From Methanobacteriota archaeon (GTDB taxonomy: Archaea > Thermoplasmatota > Thermoplasmata > Methanomassiliicoccales > UBA472): a DNA stretch of 44,770 bases. Both the position numbers and the translations under genes were made by a program. A model generated the notes under the pieces. It was not told where the DNA came from and did no database searches. It was given only the letters and a program-made list of their open reading frames with translations. Below, in pieces: positions 33,501-42,082 of the stretch. The DNA lies in assembly GCA_029560215.1 (NCBI GenBank), contig JAKPZB010000068.1, positions 1-44,770 of the forward strand, written 5' to 3'. Within the stretch, counting starts at the first letter, position 1. Each line of letters starts with the position of its first letter.

Positions 33501-34820
33501 ATGAAAAAGATATTTGGCGCATTGTTCAGCGCTCTACTGTTCATGTTCCTCCTTAGCGCCATGGCGGTTCCCGCTTTCGCATCCACTCCGACGGCAGAGG
33601 CCCCGGAATGGAGCGTTGGAGACCGCTGGGCTTTTGGAGCGGACACGGACGTAGGGGCTGAGTTCGACGAGATATTGACCAATCTGACCAACATGCTGGA
33701 GATGGCCGATGAGGTCGACGAAGTGAACGAGATGAGCCTAAGCGGCGGCACCGAGTTCTGGATGCTGTTCGAGGTCACCGAGGTCACCGCCGATGAGTAC
33801 GTGATGGAAATGGACATGGCAACCTCGGTCGCCCTGGACGCGACGGTCTCCATAACTGCCGATCTGCCGGTGGCGGGCACCTATAACTACTCCGACGATC
33901 CGGTCACCGCTCTGATAACCGTTGACGCCGATGTGGGCGTCGACGCCACCCTGGTCGTCAATGTGGAAGTGACCTACGACAAGGACACCATGGCCGTCAA
34001 GACTGTAGCCATCGATGCTACGATCCGCGCCGAGGCGGACTTCGTGGCGAACAACATTCCCCAGTCTGACGATGATTGGATGAACATGACTGAGACCATC
34101 TCGTACGAGGACTACGATGTGCACGGTGAACTGCAGGTCAACTTCGACATGGCCTTGGAGTTCGACCCGGGTCTGAACCTCTACGACTTCCCGTTATCCT
34201 TGGATGAAGTGTGGTGGTCCAACTTCACCGCCACCTTCAGCGGTCACCTGACCGGATTCCTGGACATACAGGGTCTGCCCGAGGAGATGGAGGAGAACAT
34301 ATTCTCCGAGGAGTTCGTCAACCAGACCGGGATCTCCGAGTTCCCGATAGTGTTCGAGGATATCGGTGACATGGGGGCGATCCCCTTCGATAATGGGGTT
34401 ATAGAGGAGTTCGTCACCCCCGAGACCCTGGACATGAGGATGAGGTGCACTGATTACTTCATGGTCAACGACACCTTCCACGGTGAGATCGGCGTGTACG
34501 AGATACAAGTCGGCAGTGGCGACTCTCCGCTCTTCATTTACTACTCGGATGAGGTGGGATTCATGGCCTCCTTTGCCCTGGACACCGAGGAGATGGACCT
34601 GCCAGAGGGTATCGTTACCGCTGACATGACCACCATGGCCGCGGTCGATCCGGACGTCGCCGAGGACAACATCGCGGAAATATCCGATCGTCAAGCCGCG
34701 GTCGATGAGGACAGCGGAATGCTCGGATTCTTCACTGACGCGCCGTACCTGGGCATAATCCTGGTCGCGGTGATCGTAGTGGTCGTGGTGGCCGCGGTGT
34801 TCCTGATCAGGAAGAAGTGA
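33501..34820 (+). CDS. Secreted, very acidic surface protein with a C-terminal TM anchor
   Basis: Signal peptide MKKIFGALFSALLFMFLLSAMAVPAFAS, a D/E/T/V-rich body, and the terminal GIILVAVIVVVVVAAVFLIRKK. Start at MKK; the track extension is not supported. Confidence 0.7.
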   Translation: MKKIFGALFSALLFMFLLSAMAVPAFASTPTAEAPEWSVGDRWAFGADTDVGAEFDEILTNLTNMLEMADEVDEVNEMSLSGGTEFWMLFEVTEVTADEYVMEMDMATSVALDATVSITADLPVAGTYNYSDDPVTALITVDADVGVDATLVVNVEVTYDKDTMAVKTVAIDATIRAEADFVANNIPQSDDDWMNMTETISYEDYDVHGELQVNFDMALEFDPGLNLYDFPLSLDEVWWSNFTATFSGHLTGFLDIQGLPEEMEENIFSEEFVNQTGISEFPIVFEDIGDMGAIPFDNGVIEEFVTPETLDMRMRCTDYFMVNDTFHGEIGVYEIQVGSGDSPLFIYYSDEVGFMASFALDTEEMDLPEGIVTADMTTMAAVDPDVAEDNIAEISDRQAAVDEDSGMLGFFTDAPYLGIILVAVIVVVVVAAVFLIRKK

Positions 34821-34933
34821 GCCTGGAAAACATAACCAAACCCTTTCCCCGATTCCTTTTTCAATCCCGGTTTTGAGCAAGGTATATACGCTATCAGGCT
34901 CTAGTGACGTTCCAGATATCAGGGGGATATCAT

Positions 34934-35398
34934 ATGAAGATCGCATTGGTCTATGATTCTGTCTCGTCCGAAAAGCTCACTGCCAAGGTCGCCGAGGTCA
35001 TCGCCAAGACCTTGAGGGACAAGGGAATGGAGGTCACTTCGGCCCCGGTAGGAGACGCCAAGCACCTGAAGATCGAGGATTTCGACGCTCTGGTGGTCGG
35101 CACTCCGACCATGGCCTGGGCGCCGACCAAACCGGTCAGGGATTTCTTGGACGGACTGGACGCCGGCAAGGTCAAGGGAAAGAAGGCGGCCAGCTTCGAC
35201 ACCCAGATGAATTCCTTCATCAGCGGCAACGCCAACAAGGCCATGGAGGCCAAGCTCAAGAAGCTGGGAATGGTCATCGCCTGCCCGCACCTGCTCGCCT
35301 ATGTGAAGAGCCAAAAGAAGGTCTATCACCTCCTGGACGGGGAGCTGCAGAAGGCGGAGGATTGGGCCAGGGGCCTGGCCGACGCCCTCGGCAAGTGA
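34934..35398 (+). CDS. Flavodoxin-fold protein
   Basis: MKIALVYDSVSS..(beta1-loop) and FDALVVGTPT. SD AGGGGGA lies upstream of the ATG at 34934. Confidence 0.7.
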   Translation: MKIALVYDSVSSEKLTAKVAEVIAKTLRDKGMEVTSAPVGDAKHLKIEDFDALVVGTPTMAWAPTKPVRDFLDGLDAGKVKGKKAASFDTQMNSFISGNANKAMEAKLKKLGMVIACPHLLAYVKSQKKVYHLLDGELQKAEDWARGLADALGK

Positions 35399-35448
35399 CG
35401 TTCGCCCTTCGCAACAACCATTAAGCCCTGCACGCGAATAGATGTTCC

Positions 35449-36831
35449 ATGGTCGTCCGATCCGTCAATCCGCGCACTGGTCAGGTCATAAAGGAATTCG
35501 ATTCCAACGTTCCAGACGATGTCCCAGAAGCTTTGGCCAGAGGCCGCGAGGCTCAGCGGAAGTGGATGCGGGAATGGGATAAGGAGGAACGGATCATTGC
35601 GGTGCTGGAGCTGCGCACCGCCCTGCAGGCGATGAAGGACGACATCATCGCCACCGAGACGCTGGAAGGGGGATTCCCCCAGAAGGACGTGGTCGGCACC
35701 TACAACGGGGTCATCAAGGGCTTCGACCATTACGCCGCGGAGGCCAGAGCGGTCGGCGATTATGACTTCCCGCTCGACCCGGCGGGATGGCCGGACACCA
35801 AGGCCACCATCAACCTGGTGCCGCACGGCGTGATAGCGCACATCGGAATCTGGAACTATCCGTTCTGGCAGTCCATGATAACCCTCATCCCGGCGCTCAT
35901 GGCCGGCAACGCGGTGGTCTTCAAGCCCTCCGAGCTGACCACCATGACCGGGTTGAAGATCAAGGAGGCCTTCGGCCATACAAGCATGCCGCCGGAGCTG
36001 TTCCAGATGCTCATAGGCGGCGCGGACGTGGGAAAGGCCATGGCGGCCGCCCCCTTCGACGCGCTGGTCTTCACCGGAGGCCGGGCGACCGGGCTGGACA
36101 TCACCAGGAACGCTGGCATCAAACCGATGGTCCTGGAGCTCTCCGGTAACGATCCGGGGATCGTCTGCGCGGACGTCAACGTTCAGGAGGCGGCCAGAGG
36201 CGTGGCCAGCGGAGCGTTCTCTCACGGAGGCCAGGTCTGCATACGGGTCAAGCGGCTGTACGTGGTGGAGAGCGTTGCCGAGGCCTTCATCACCGAACTG
36301 CTCAAGGTCGTGGCCAGGATCGATGTGGAGCATCAGATCGGACCGCTCATTCGCGAGGAGGCCAGGGCGAAGGTCCATGAGAAGGTCCACAGGGCCGTGC
36401 ACGCCGGTTGCGAACTGCTGACCGGCGGAGAGAGCTTGCCTGGCCTGGGATACTACTTCGAGCCCACCATTCTTAAGGTCGACGACGACAACCTGGAGAT
36501 AATCAAGGAGGAGACCTTCGGGCCGGTCCTTCCGATCAGGGTGGTCAAGGACGAGGAGGAGGCCATCAGGTTGGCCAACGATAGCGATTACGGGCTCGGC
36601 GCCACGGTCTGGACCTGCGATCCGGACAAGGGGGAGGCGATCGCCAGGCGCCTGGAGGCCGGGAACGTCTGGATAAACGAGCATGGCCGCACCATCAACT
36701 GCGGCGAGCTGTTCCAGGGATGGAAGTGTAGCGGGATCGCCAGCACCAATCGGCGCATCACCCTGTTCATGAAGAAGCGGACCATCGTCAACCACCGCTC
36801 CAGCCAGGCCCGGCCGCACTGGTTCAAGTGA
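35449..36831 (+). CDS. NAD(P)+-dependent aldehyde dehydrogenase
   Basis: FKPSELT, LELSGNDP, GQVCIRVKR (catalytic Cys) and EETFGPV blocks. Confidence 0.9.
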   Translation: MVVRSVNPRTGQVIKEFDSNVPDDVPEALARGREAQRKWMREWDKEERIIAVLELRTALQAMKDDIIATETLEGGFPQKDVVGTYNGVIKGFDHYAAEARAVGDYDFPLDPAGWPDTKATINLVPHGVIAHIGIWNYPFWQSMITLIPALMAGNAVVFKPSELTTMTGLKIKEAFGHTSMPPELFQMLIGGADVGKAMAAAPFDALVFTGGRATGLDITRNAGIKPMVLELSGNDPGIVCADVNVQEAARGVASGAFSHGGQVCIRVKRLYVVESVAEAFITELLKVVARIDVEHQIGPLIREEARAKVHEKVHRAVHAGCELLTGGESLPGLGYYFEPTILKVDDDNLEIIKEETFGPVLPIRVVKDEEEAIRLANDSDYGLGATVWTCDPDKGEAIARRLEAGNVWINEHGRTINCGELFQGWKCSGIASTNRRITLFMKKRTIVNHRSSQARPHWFK

Positions 36832-36882
36832 TCTCTCCCGGACCTCAGAAAACCCTTATTAGGGCGACCCTGATTCCGGTGC

Positions 36883-37842
36883 ATGGTGGGGAACAGCGGG
36901 GAGATGGTTTCGGTTAGTGGCATATACAAGCGGTACAAGGACCTCCCAGTCCTTTTGAACCTCAGCTTTGACATACCGAAGGGCTCCATATTCGGATACA
37001 TCGGGCCGAACGGCTCGGGTAAGACCACCACCATCAAGATCATGACCGGCCTCATCCGCGATTTCCAGGGCGAGGTTAGCATCGAAGGACGGTCGATACG
37101 CAATTGGAGCTCCGAACTGAGCTCCACCATCGGATATCTTCCGCAGCAGACCTCCCTGCAGGAATGGAGGACCGTCGACCAGACCCTGTACACCTTCGGC
37201 CGGCTCTCCGGTCTTCAGGCGAGCGAGGTCGATAAGCGGATCAAAGAGGTCACCGAGATGCTGGGCATCGCCGAATATCGCAAGCGGAAGGTCAGTAAGC
37301 TTTCCGGGGGCACGCTGCAGAAGGTGGGCATGGCCCAGGCCATGCTGCACCGCCCCAAGCTCATGGTGCTGGACGAACCGGTCGCCGGACTGGACCCCGA
37401 AAGCCGCGTGCTCTTCAAGAACCTGTTCCGCCAGCTATCCCGCGAAGGCACCACCATCTTCTTCTCGTCCCACATATTGAGCGATATCGAGGACGTCGCG
37501 GACACCATCGGCATCCTTGGCCAGGGGCGGATGCGCTACATGGGCTCCATGGAGGAGCTGAGGGAGAGGGTGGGAAGGAGCACCGAGGTGAGTCTGGAGA
37601 CGGTCGAACCGATCCCGGACGACAGACTTCTGGAAAGCCTGCCTGGCGTGTCCAAGGTGGAGCGGGTGGCCGACAATCGGTTCCACATAATCCTCCAGGA
37701 AAACGGACAGATCGACACGGTGGTCGACAGCGCCATCAGGGCGGTGCTCGCCCAAGGGTTGCACATCAGGGGAATTCATCCCAACCGGCAATCTCTGGAG
37801 TCGCTATATCTCAGCTATACCGACGGGGAGGGAAGACCATGA
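36883..37842 (+). CDS. ABC transporter ATP-binding protein (ABC-2 exporter type)
   Basis: Walker A GPNGSGKTT, signature LSGGTLQK, Walker B LMVLDEP. ATG at 36904 is an alternative start. Confidence 0.9.
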   Translation: MVGNSGEMVSVSGIYKRYKDLPVLLNLSFDIPKGSIFGYIGPNGSGKTTTIKIMTGLIRDFQGEVSIEGRSIRNWSSELSSTIGYLPQQTSLQEWRTVDQTLYTFGRLSGLQASEVDKRIKEVTEMLGIAEYRKRKVSKLSGGTLQKVGMAQAMLHRPKLMVLDEPVAGLDPESRVLFKNLFRQLSREGTTIFFSSHILSDIEDVADTIGILGQGRMRYMGSMEELRERVGRSTEVSLETVEPIPDDRLLESLPGVSKVERVADNRFHIILQENGQIDTVVDSAIRAVLAQGLHIRGIHPNRQSLESLYLSYTDGEGRP

Positions 37843-38495
37843 GCCTCGCACTCTTATTTAAGGACGAACTGAACGGGTTCTACCGCTCCAAGGTAATGCT
37901 GGCCCTTTGGGTCGGGCTGCCGGCCATGGCGGTGTTGCTCTACTTCCTGGTGGACAACATCGAAGGCATGTCGATAACATTCTTCACTGGAATCATGGTG
38001 TCAAGTATCGGCGGCCTGCTGACCTCCGTGCTCATCGTGGTGAACATACTGAACGAGAAGGAGAAGAAGGTCTACGACCTGTTCCTGATCCGTCCGATCC
38101 GCAGGGAGAATCTGCTGCTGGCCAAGTTCGGCGCGGTGTTCCTGTGCGTGATGGTGGCCTCCTTCATCGCCATCACCCTGGCCGCGGTTCTGGACAGCGC
38201 CACCGAAGGATACGACGTCCAGGAGATACTCTCGTCCATGAAGGACTCCCTTATAATCACCGTTTCCATCATGGCCATCAATTGTTCGGCCGGTGTGCTC
38301 ATCGGGGTGTTCTCGCCCAGCGTGCTGGTGGGAGTGCTCCTGGTGCTATTCGGTTCCAACCAGTTGTCATCGATGGTCCTGTTGCCAATGATCACCGGCT
38401 GGGGAGAGATGTGGATGGTCGGGCTGGCTTCTATCGGAATATCCGCGCTGTTGCTGTTCGGGGCCGCCCTGGTGTTCAGACATAAGGAGTTCTGA
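37839..38495 (+). CDS. ABC-2-type transporter permease
   Basis: 218 aa with about 6 TM helices. The ATGA overlap with the ATPase gene indicates coupling. Confidence 0.7.
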   Translation: MSLALLFKDELNGFYRSKVMLALWVGLPAMAVLLYFLVDNIEGMSITFFTGIMVSSIGGLLTSVLIVVNILNEKEKKVYDLFLIRPIRRENLLLAKFGAVFLCVMVASFIAITLAAVLDSATEGYDVQEILSSMKDSLIITVSIMAINCSAGVLIGVFSPSVLVGVLLVLFGSNQLSSMVLLPMITGWGEMWMVGLASIGISALLLFGAALVFRHKEF

Positions 38496-38497
38496 GA

Positions 38498-39010
38498 TCA
38501 GACCATCTCGGCGGACATGTATCCGTCGATCAATGCGTCGAAGTGAAGTGAGGTGTTCCAGCCCGCCTTGCGGAAGGCGTCCATGAACCCCAGCGCCACC
38601 ACCTTCCGCTTCTTCGGTATCTGCGAGAGCAGGGCCTTAACGTCATCAACGGGGCAACCGAACTTCGGTATGGCCAATCCTCCAAGTATAACGATGACAT
38701 CGGCCTCTCCCGGTTCAAAGGGTTCCTTGCCGATCTGGAATCCAGCCCCGTCGACCCATTTCATAACGCGGCTGCGGTCCCACACCGCCTTAGGACAGAA
38801 ACCGAATCGCATATTGCGGTCCCTCACGGCATAGGCCAGCAGCTGGGCGAACGGAGGGCAGACCGCCTCCGATCCCACGAAAAGTATTGTACTACCATCT
38901 TCCACTTCGACCAATGTCTCCCGGAACAATTTGGTAAGGCCGGAAATGCCCTCCGCTTTGGCCATGATGATGTCGAGCTTGGTCCATCCAGATATTTCTT
39001 TCGAATTCAA
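38498..39010 (-). CDS. Conserved-looking hypothetical protein, family not recognised with confidence
   Basis: 170-aa GC3-rich ORF. The track start is TTG at 39010, directly abutting the AT-rich block; the first ATG (MAKAEG) is at 38965. Confidence 0.55.
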   Translation of the reverse strand: MNSKEISGWTKLDIIMAKAEGISGLTKLFRETLVEVEDGSTILFVGSEAVCPPFAQLLAYAVRDRNMRFGFCPKAVWDRSRVMKWVDGAGFQIGKEPFEPGEADVIVILGGLAIPKFGCPVDDVKALLSQIPKKRKVVALGFMDAFRKAGWNTSLHFDALIDGYMSAEMV

Positions 39011-39339
39011 TTATAAATTATTTGAAAAATATAATATTGCGCCCGGATGAACAATGTTAGTTCATTATAACGTCCAGATCTAAATGATTTATTAATATAA
39101 ATATAATATACTCATATAATATTGATTAAAGATATAATTAATTTAGCCTATATCTAAACTGCATAAAATAATTCAGGACAACTCAATTTCAAATACTTTC
39201 GAGCATTAGTCGAAATCTAATATACATTAATAATTTAAAATGTAATCTAAATCAAATAAAATAATATAGTATTAACATAAACTATACAATTTATCGTCAG
39301 ACAATCGTCGGCTATTATATATGCAATAATACAATTATC

Positions 39340-39354
39340 ATATGATTCAGCGGT
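39340..39354 (+). repeat. Left copy of the 15-nt direct repeat ATATGATTCAGCGGT
   Basis: It ends 4 nt before the first recombinase ATG and is embedded in the imperfect inverted repeat CATATGA-N8-TCAATATG. It matches 41056-41070 at 14 of 15 positions. Confidence 0.6.
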
Positions 39355-39358
39355 CAAT

Positions 39359-40216
39359 ATGTCAGACAATGAGCGACTGAGGGCGGCTATCTATGCCAGG
39401 GTCTCCACCGAGGATCAGGCTCGGGAAGGATACAGCATAGCGGCCCAGCTCAAGCGTCTGCGCTCCTATTGCCTGGCCAGGGGGTGGACCGTCGCCAACG
39501 AATACGTCGACGACGGCTACAGCGGAAGGAGCCCGGAGCGTCCAGAGTACAAGAGGATGATGCACGAAAAAGATCTCTGGGACGTTGTCGTTGTCCTCAA
39601 GATGGACCGTATCCACCGCAACAGCCGCAACTTCGCCATGATGATGGACTTCCTGCGTTCCTGGAACAAGGAGTTCAACTCCACCCAGGAGAACTTCGAT
39701 ACCACCACCGCCATCGGTCGGTTCGTCATGGACACGGTCCAGAGGATCGCCCAGCTGGAGAGCGAGCAGATCGGGGAGAGGGTGAAGGTGGCCATGACCC
39801 AGAAGGCGCTGGAGAAGAAAGGACACCTGGGATGCCCGGAACCTTATGGATACAGATATCAGGATGGCCAGTTGTTGATCGATGAGAACGAGGCGATGGT
39901 GGTGGATATGATATTCCGCATGGCTGGGAATCTTTGCTCCCTGAGCCAGATCGTCGAAGTGCTTAACGATTCACGCGTCCCCACCAAGAACGGAGGGGAA
40001 TGGCAGCGGCCTACCGTGCACGGGATACTGGCCAACCGCATCTATCTCGGCCAGCTGGTATGGGACGGCATCGTTCAAGAGGCCCCTCACCTGAAGATGA
40101 TCGATCCCGAACTTTTCCAGGAGGTCCAAGAGATCTCAGCTCAGAGGATCAAGTCCAGGCGCAGCCCGAAGCGCATACCCGCCAAGTCACTCTTCCGGAG
40201 CGAGGCGCATGCCTAG
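39359..40216 (+). CDS. Serine recombinase, short two-domain form (resolvase catalytic domain plus recombinase domain, no zinc ribbon or coiled coil)
   Basis: IYARVSTEDQ (nucleophile Ser), KMDRIHRNS, E-helix RIAQLESEQIGER, recombinase-domain PYGYRY..W..PTVHGILANRIYLG. 285 aa. Confidence 0.88.
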   Translation: MSDNERLRAAIYARVSTEDQAREGYSIAAQLKRLRSYCLARGWTVANEYVDDGYSGRSPERPEYKRMMHEKDLWDVVVVLKMDRIHRNSRNFAMMMDFLRSWNKEFNSTQENFDTTTAIGRFVMDTVQRIAQLESEQIGERVKVAMTQKALEKKGHLGCPEPYGYRYQDGQLLIDENEAMVVDMIFRMAGNLCSLSQIVEVLNDSRVPTKNGGEWQRPTVHGILANRIYLGQLVWDGIVQEAPHLKMIDPELFQEVQEISAQRIKSRRSPKRIPAKSLFRSEAHA

Positions 40217-41030
40217 GGTGGCCATATATACCCGGGTTTCTACCGAGGACCAGGCCAGGGAAGGTTTTTCTCTGGCCGCTCAGAAACAGCGATTAGAAGC
40301 ATTTTGCGACGCACAGGGCTGGGACATCGCGGATTACTACATCGATGACGGTCATTCCGGCCGGAACATCCGCCGGCCAGCCTATCGCCGGATGATGGAA
40401 GAACGCGATAGATGGGACATCATCCTGGTCATGAAGATGGACCGTATCCACCGCAACTCCAAGAACTTCATGATAATGATGGAGAACCTGGAGAAGTGGG
40501 GCAAGAAGTTCAGCTCAATGAACGAGTCGCTGGACACATCCAACGCCGTCGGCCGCTTCGTGGTGGACATCATCCAGAGGATCGCCCAGCTGGAAAGCGA
40601 ACAGATCGGCGAGCGCACGTACATGGGCATGAGACAGAAGGCCGAATCTGGCCAGGGGCTATTGGGATTCCGTGTTCCTTATGGATATCGGCTCCGGGAA
40701 GGGATGCTTCACGTTGACGACACAGAAGCGGAAGTGGTCCGCTCCATATACAATAGATATCTTTCCGGACAGACCATGGAGATGATCGCCTGGGGGCTGA
40801 ACCGGGACGGGACAACCACCCGGACCGAGGGCGACTGGACGGTATGGTCGATAAGCCGCATCTTGCACAACCCGGTGTATGCCGGATACTTGCGCTGGGA
40901 GGACCTGGTCAATCCCGCGGAGCACGCGTCCATAATAGACGTCGCCACCTTCAACAAGGTTCAGGTCATGATAGCTGGCAAGATAAAGAACAGAACGCAT
41001 GCCGCGGCTAAACTTCTCCCCGAGAAATGA
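40209..41030 (+). CDS. Serine recombinase, paralog of the upstream gene with the same short two-domain architecture
   Basis: IYTRVSTEDQ, KMDRIHRNS, RIAQLESEQIGER, PYGYRL..W..SISRILHNPVYAG. 273 aa. It overlaps the upstream gene by 8 nt. Confidence 0.88.
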   Translation: MPRVAIYTRVSTEDQAREGFSLAAQKQRLEAFCDAQGWDIADYYIDDGHSGRNIRRPAYRRMMEERDRWDIILVMKMDRIHRNSKNFMIMMENLEKWGKKFSSMNESLDTSNAVGRFVVDIIQRIAQLESEQIGERTYMGMRQKAESGQGLLGFRVPYGYRLREGMLHVDDTEAEVVRSIYNRYLSGQTMEMIAWGLNRDGTTTRTEGDWTVWSISRILHNPVYAGYLRWEDLVNPAEHASIIDVATFNKVQVMIAGKIKNRTHAAAKLLPEK

Positions 41031-41055
41031 AAAATCATCCAGATGATAAGAAAGG

Positions 41056-41070
41056 ATATGATTCAGAGGT
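41056..41070 (+). repeat. Right copy of the 15-nt direct repeat ATATGATTCAGAGGT
   Basis: It begins 25 nt after the second recombinase stop and matches 39340-39354 at 14 of 15 positions. Confidence 0.6.
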
Positions 41071-41250
41071 ACTCTCAAAACATATTATTGGGAGGATGTG
41101 AAATAGTTTCAGGATATTTATATTTATTCTAAAATTAGGCCAGTTAAATGGCGGTCAAACCTTTTGATATTTAACGGCCTATAAAAAAATCCATTAACGC
41201 TGGTTAATCGGTAAAGTTTATATTATCTACCCCAACCGATACTTTAAACA

Positions 41251-41267
41251 GGATTGTTGAACAATCC
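41251..41267. promoter_or_regulatory. Perfect palindrome GGATTGTT-G-AACAATCC (candidate operator) just downstream of a TATA-like ACTTTAAA
   Basis: 8-bp perfect arms. TATA-like box at 41241-41248. The palindrome occupies the TATA-to-TSS interval, about 35 nt upstream of the small-ORF ATG. Confidence 0.4.
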
Positions 41268-41301
41268 AAATAGGGACAGTCCGAAGGGAGAGGGGATCAC
41301 A

Positions 41302-41409
41302 ATGGGAGAGATTTCGAAAGATGCTATGATGACATCAGAGATGATGGCATCGCTGGCATCTGAACAATTTACCTCATCCTTCTATTTGTCCACAGAAAAG
41401 GAGAGATAG
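41302..41409 (+). CDS. Possible small ORF (35 aa) immediately upstream of the 6-TM protein gene
   Basis: ATG preceded by GGGAGAGGGGATCACA. Translation: MGEISKDAMMTSEMMASLASEQFTSSFYLSTEKER. The stop lies 2 nt before the next ATG. No homology recognised. Confidence 0.3.
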   Translation: MGEISKDAMMTSEMMASLASEQFTSSFYLSTEKER

Positions 41410-41411
41410 AA

Positions 41412-41996
41412 ATGGCAGAAGAAAGCAACGTACACACAAAAATGGCAATGGCCGAGGTTTTGGGGCTTTACATGATTGCCCTAATCGGTATCTTGGTCGG
41501 TTGCTATGGCCTGGGTGTCTTTGATGGCCTTGGGGTCATCATTGGGATCAGCACTTACCTTGGTTTGGGTCTGCTCCTATGCACTTATGTGGCCTACAGA
41601 AATGAGAACCTGCTGCTGACTGGAATTTTCGGCGTCCTGGCCGTATTCCTGCTCGGCTTCCCGGCAATGGTCAACGGCGCGATGGGGACCCTCGGCGACT
41701 TCGATTCCGCAATGATCTATATGGTCTTTATCGGAGTCCTGCTGCTGGTCATGGGTGTGGTTTCCCTGGCTCAGCCGGTCAAAATGCTGCCCATACTGCT
41801 GATCGTAGCGGCAATCGCGTTCATCCTGCTGGGCCTGTGGTTCCAGAACGACCTGCCGAACGCCACCGAGGACTACCGCATGGTGACTGGAGTCCTCTGG
41901 CTGCTGGTCGGCCTGATCGCTACCTACATGGGTGCCGCAATCAGCCTACTGGTGATGAAGGGCAAGCCGGTCCTTCCGTTGCTCATCAAGGCATAA
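41412..41996 (+). CDS. Six-TM membrane protein; weak resemblance to GPR1/FUN34/YaaH (SatP) acetate/succinate channels
   Basis: 194 aa with 6 hydrophobic helices. Length and the C-terminal ..YMGAAISLLVMKGKPVLPL recall SatP (..YLAMGEVLNEQFGRTVLPIG), but the NPAPLGL motif is absent. Confidence 0.6.
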   Translation: MAEESNVHTKMAMAEVLGLYMIALIGILVGCYGLGVFDGLGVIIGISTYLGLGLLLCTYVAYRNENLLLTGIFGVLAVFLLGFPAMVNGAMGTLGDFDSAMIYMVFIGVLLLVMGVVSLAQPVKMLPILLIVAAIAFILLGLWFQNDLPNATEDYRMVTGVLWLLVGLIATYMGAAISLLVMKGKPVLPLLIKA

Positions 41997-42082
41997 GCAG
42001 GACGAGCATAGAAACGCATCAAACCCTTTTCCAATTCTAATTTTTACATAGCTTCAACAACTCCTATGGCCATGATCTGAAC

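Larger units (their letters stand above)
39340..41070 (+). mobile_element. Candidate serine-recombinase cassette (two recombinase genes bounded by 15-nt direct repeats)
   Basis: Direct repeats sit at both ends, AT-rich flanks lie on both sides, and the only cargo is the two recombinase genes. Mobility is inference only. Confidence 0.25.

Noticed and set aside
35326-36819. 497-aa minus-strand ORF antisense to the aldehyde dehydrogenase gene
   Set aside because: Same antisense artefact: no recognisable domain, and the sense frame has all the ALDH motifs.
39011-39358. AT-rich block as a replication origin (DUE plus ORB boxes)
   Set aside because: I found no ORB or mini-ORB-like repeated elements and there is no orc1/cdc6 gene nearby. 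The short hairpins (39047-39065, 39197-39215) and the ATATAATATTG duplicates are weak evidence in low-complexity DNA. This remains possible only as a plasmid- or virus-type origin.
41322-41372. Second C/D-box-like pattern: ATGATGA..ATGATGG, a 12-nt stretch, then CTGA
   Set aside because: The first half has no D' box at the correct spacing and there is no terminal stem. The ATGATG strings are explained by Met-Met codons of the small ORF.
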